Assembly: GCA_963708075.1 (NCBI GenBank)
Contig: OY970194.1
Coordinates: 3,744,001-3,808,000 of the forward strand
Direction: 5' to 3'
Origin: Sedimentisphaerales bacterium
GTDB taxonomy: Bacteria > Planctomycetota > Phycisphaerae > Sedimentisphaerales > Anaerobacaceae
Length of the DNA: 64,000 bases
Below are positions 61,796 through 64,000 of the stretch, one piece after another. Under the pieces are notes generated by a model. The model searched no databases and was not told the DNA's origin. It saw only the letters and a program-made list of their open reading frames with translations. Position 1 is the stretch's first letter. Each line of letters opens with the position of its first letter. Made by a program: the position numbers and the translations under genes.

Positions 61796-61824
61796 GTAGG
61801 GGCGGGTTTCAAACCCGCCCTCAC
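61796..61824 (+). repeat. REP-like family A inside the array
   Basis: GTAGGGGCGGGTTTCAAACCCGCCCTCAC. Confidence 0.85.
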
Positions 61825-62033
61825 GCTTGCCGGCACATCACGAACCCGCCGGGCAAATTGGCTTTGTTTAGCGCGGCAGGCACGGAGGAATTGGGTTTGT
61901 TTCGCAGGATCACTTGTGTCGGGGCTCATGGACCTCTTGGCATTATGTAAATCGGCGAGGATGGACGATTCACCGGTCATGGACAGGCTCTCCGAATGGA
62001 CTATGTCGCTATCCGCTATTCCGTTGTGTCCCT

Positions 62034-62062
62034 ATCATACATATGCACGCATTTTCTGTCAA
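62034..62062 (-). promoter_or_regulatory. Near-consensus sigma70 promoter reading into the repeat array
   Basis: TTGACA-17 nt-TATGAT, 11/12 consensus matches. Confidence 0.7.
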
Positions 62063-62088
62063 CTGAAATCCCGCCGATAGCCACGTTT

Positions 62089-63622
62089 GTGTGCGACTAC
62101 ATTTCGTGGGGTCAGGCGGGTATCTTGCGTTGGATGTCCCAGTAGTTATGCCATAGATGGCTGGAACGCACTGACGCCAGGGCCATCATGGCCTCAGCAT
62201 TGGGTTTGTCCCAGCGCATCCCTGGGCCTTTGAGCCGGACCGTCAACGTCTTGCAGAAGGCCTCTGTCGGGCCCGAGCCGATCTCATAGCCGGCCGCTTT
62301 GAATTGTGGATACTGCGTCATCTCCTGGCGGACATCAATGAACTTGATCAACTGCTCCAGGGCTTTGCGTTTGTCGGCGGCTCGAAGCGTCTTACGCAGG
62401 GCTTGGATCTGCTCCAGGGCCTGCTCGGGGCCTTGCTCTAAGAAGCAGCCACAGATCTGCTCACGCCAATGCTGGCTTTGCACACTGCCTTGGCCATAGA
62501 CGCTTTGACTGGCCTTGATCACGTTGTCCCGCAGGTGATAGTAATCCAGGATGTTGGCCTTGAGCATCGGCAATTGGAGGTGGTATTGCTTGCGAATCCA
62601 CTCGGCCCCGTCGCTCACCGAGTAGGCCAGAGCGGCTTGATCCAGCTTGAGTTGGCCGGCGTGCTGACGCATCAACTGGCCCAGCGTCTGGGCATTGCCG
62701 CTGGTGCCGATGGCATATTGGTGCTGTTTCGAGGGATCGTAGAACGCCACGATCTTGAACTCCTTGTACGGCAGATCACTGCCGGGATGCATCGGCCGAC
62801 GCTTGGGCTGGCCCTTACGGCGACGGGCCCGTCGCTTGCGGCGTTTCTCTTTCTCCACCTGGGTGACCAAGGGCACCTTAACCCCATCGGCTCCGGTGAT
62901 GATGCAGGTGGATTTGTTCGGTCCGGACCGGCAGTCCTCGGCCGCCCAGTCGGGGCCCAGAGCCCCCGAACGCTGCTGCGTCAGGACTTGCCGGCCCTCA
63001 CCCTCGACAAGGCCGCGGACCGTCTCATGGCTGATGTGCAATTGACCGACGTAGGCCAGATTCTCGGCGGCGGTGCGAAAGTCACTGCCGACCGCCGCCC
63101 GGCAGCATAACTGGCGAACCCCCACGCTGTAGCGACTGTGGCTCATGCCCAGCCATTGATCCACCGGGGTGATGGAGCCCTTGCCGCGATTCCAATAGAC
63201 CCGGCGGCGGATCTGAACAGGACCATTGACCGTCAGATACTCAATCGAACGGCAGCCTTTACTCTCGTACCTGGGGCCGTCGTCGCTGGGCATCGGGGGA
63301 AAAAGCCGCCTCACTGTGCTGCTGGCGTAATTGAAGGGCTCTCTCATAGAGACGCTGGCGAAACAACGCACTGGCCTGGCGAACGAGTTCTTCGCTATCG
63401 GCAATGATGCGTCCGGCCTGGGCCTGATTGACGGCCTTGACCACGTCCTCGATCAAGGTATCGACCTCTCCCCTCATCGCCTTTTTCAACTGTGAGGCAG
63501 TGAGCTTCTCGTGCATGAGTACTTCCTTGCTGTATGACTGAATGACTGAATAATTCCATTCTCATCATACGCTGTCCAACTGCCCACAGGCCATACGATC
63601 CCCACGAAAATTAGTCGCACAC
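62089..63622 (-). mobile_element. Complete insertion sequence, ISKra4 (Mutator-like) family, 1534 bp
   Basis: TIRs GTGTGCGACTACATTTCGTGGGG (62089-62111) and the reverse complement of 63600-63622 match at 21/23. The 8-bp direct repeat CCACGTTT flanks it at 62081-62088 and 63623-63630. Confidence 0.92.
62112..63516 (-). CDS. ISKra4-family DDE transposase in two overlapping ORFs (63259-63516 and 62112-~63300)
   Basis: TGADG, SDGAEWI, ILDYYH, IGSGPTEAFCK and RLKGPGMRW. The frames overlap at TTTTTCCCCC (63295-63304). Confidence 0.88.
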
Positions 63623-64000
63623 CCACGTTTCTTCCGGGCCCCTAAATCCTTACCAGGCATGGATATACGCAGGAGTGACACGCCTTTCCCGCGATTCCCC
63701 TGAAGGATGGTTCCGGCCCGTCGGGCCGGGAGTCTTGCGCGTTGGGGCCACCAGCCTGATTCACTCCCCCTCCCGCCTGTGCGAGAGGGTGGCCCACGGG
63801 CGGCGTATGCCCATCCATGCTGGAGGCCCGAATGCGAGAAACTCCCAAGCGCGATCCTTCGCGTTTGGCCCCAACCCCTCGATGTGCTGTTGCCCGTTCC
63901 TGGTCCCGCAACGGGCATTGCCGCCAGGGTTATGCCCCGGACCCCGAGATTTATCGCACCGGGCGCAAAACATGAAGGACTCAATATCAGGCTGTTGCCG

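Larger units (their letters stand above)
61435..61910 (-). repeat. Array of 8 direct repeats, consensus AAACAAAGCCAATTT (minus strand), irregular spacing
   Basis: AAATTGGCTTTGTTT-like copies start near 61435, 61490, 61590, 61680, 61733, 61765, 61855 and 61888. Confidence 0.9.

Noticed and set aside
61435..61910. CRISPR array
   Set aside because: The repeat is only about 15 bp and degenerate, spacing varies from 32 to 100 bp, and there are no cas genes.
63763..63960. Further REP-like or element-end motifs (CCCTCCCGCCTGTGCGAGAGGG; GGGTTATGCCCCGGACCCC) and the short ORFs there
   Set aside because: They are single degenerate copies at the window edge with no supporting context.
1..64000. tRNA or rRNA genes
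   Set aside because: No cloverleaf or rRNA-like conserved segment was recognised by eye.

Overview
This is a 64-kb, GC-rich chromosomal stretch. The gene content (DUF1501/DUF1549-DUF1553/PPC cluster, many Tat- or Sec-exported sugar enzymes, DUF1080 fusions, MttB-family protein) suggests an anaerobic planctomycete, probably Phycisphaerae; that taxonomy is inference. From left to right it holds: a rearranged complex I operon (nuoI-A-B-C-D-H, no nuoEFG, running off the edge); a PPC/DUF1501/DUF1553 trio; sugar oxidoreductase and transport genes; an 8-gene TPR-peptidase/DUF4159/MoxR/DUF58/vWA operon; an SSS transporter facing a DegT/isomerase/deacetylase/MttB operon; a kaiC-kaiB-kaiB-5xPAS hybrid kinase locus with a stand-alone receiver; a GH38-like/sugar porter operon; an MFS and a PIG-L deacetylase; rnr; a promoter-driven array of AAACAAAGCCAATTT repeats; and a complete ISKra4-type IS with 23-bp TIRs and an 8-bp TSD. 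At least five families of REP-like palindromes plus heptamer repeats are scattered through the window. Many lie in frame inside proteins or supply stop codons. About nine genes carry single 1-2 nt frameshifts, which look like long-read assembly indels rather than pseudogenes. The most notable items are the KaiA-less Kai module wired to a multi-PAS kinase with five operator-like boxes upstream, the repeat array at 61.4-62.1 kb, and the repeats inserted into coding sequence. All family calls come from motif recognition by eye; no searches were run.
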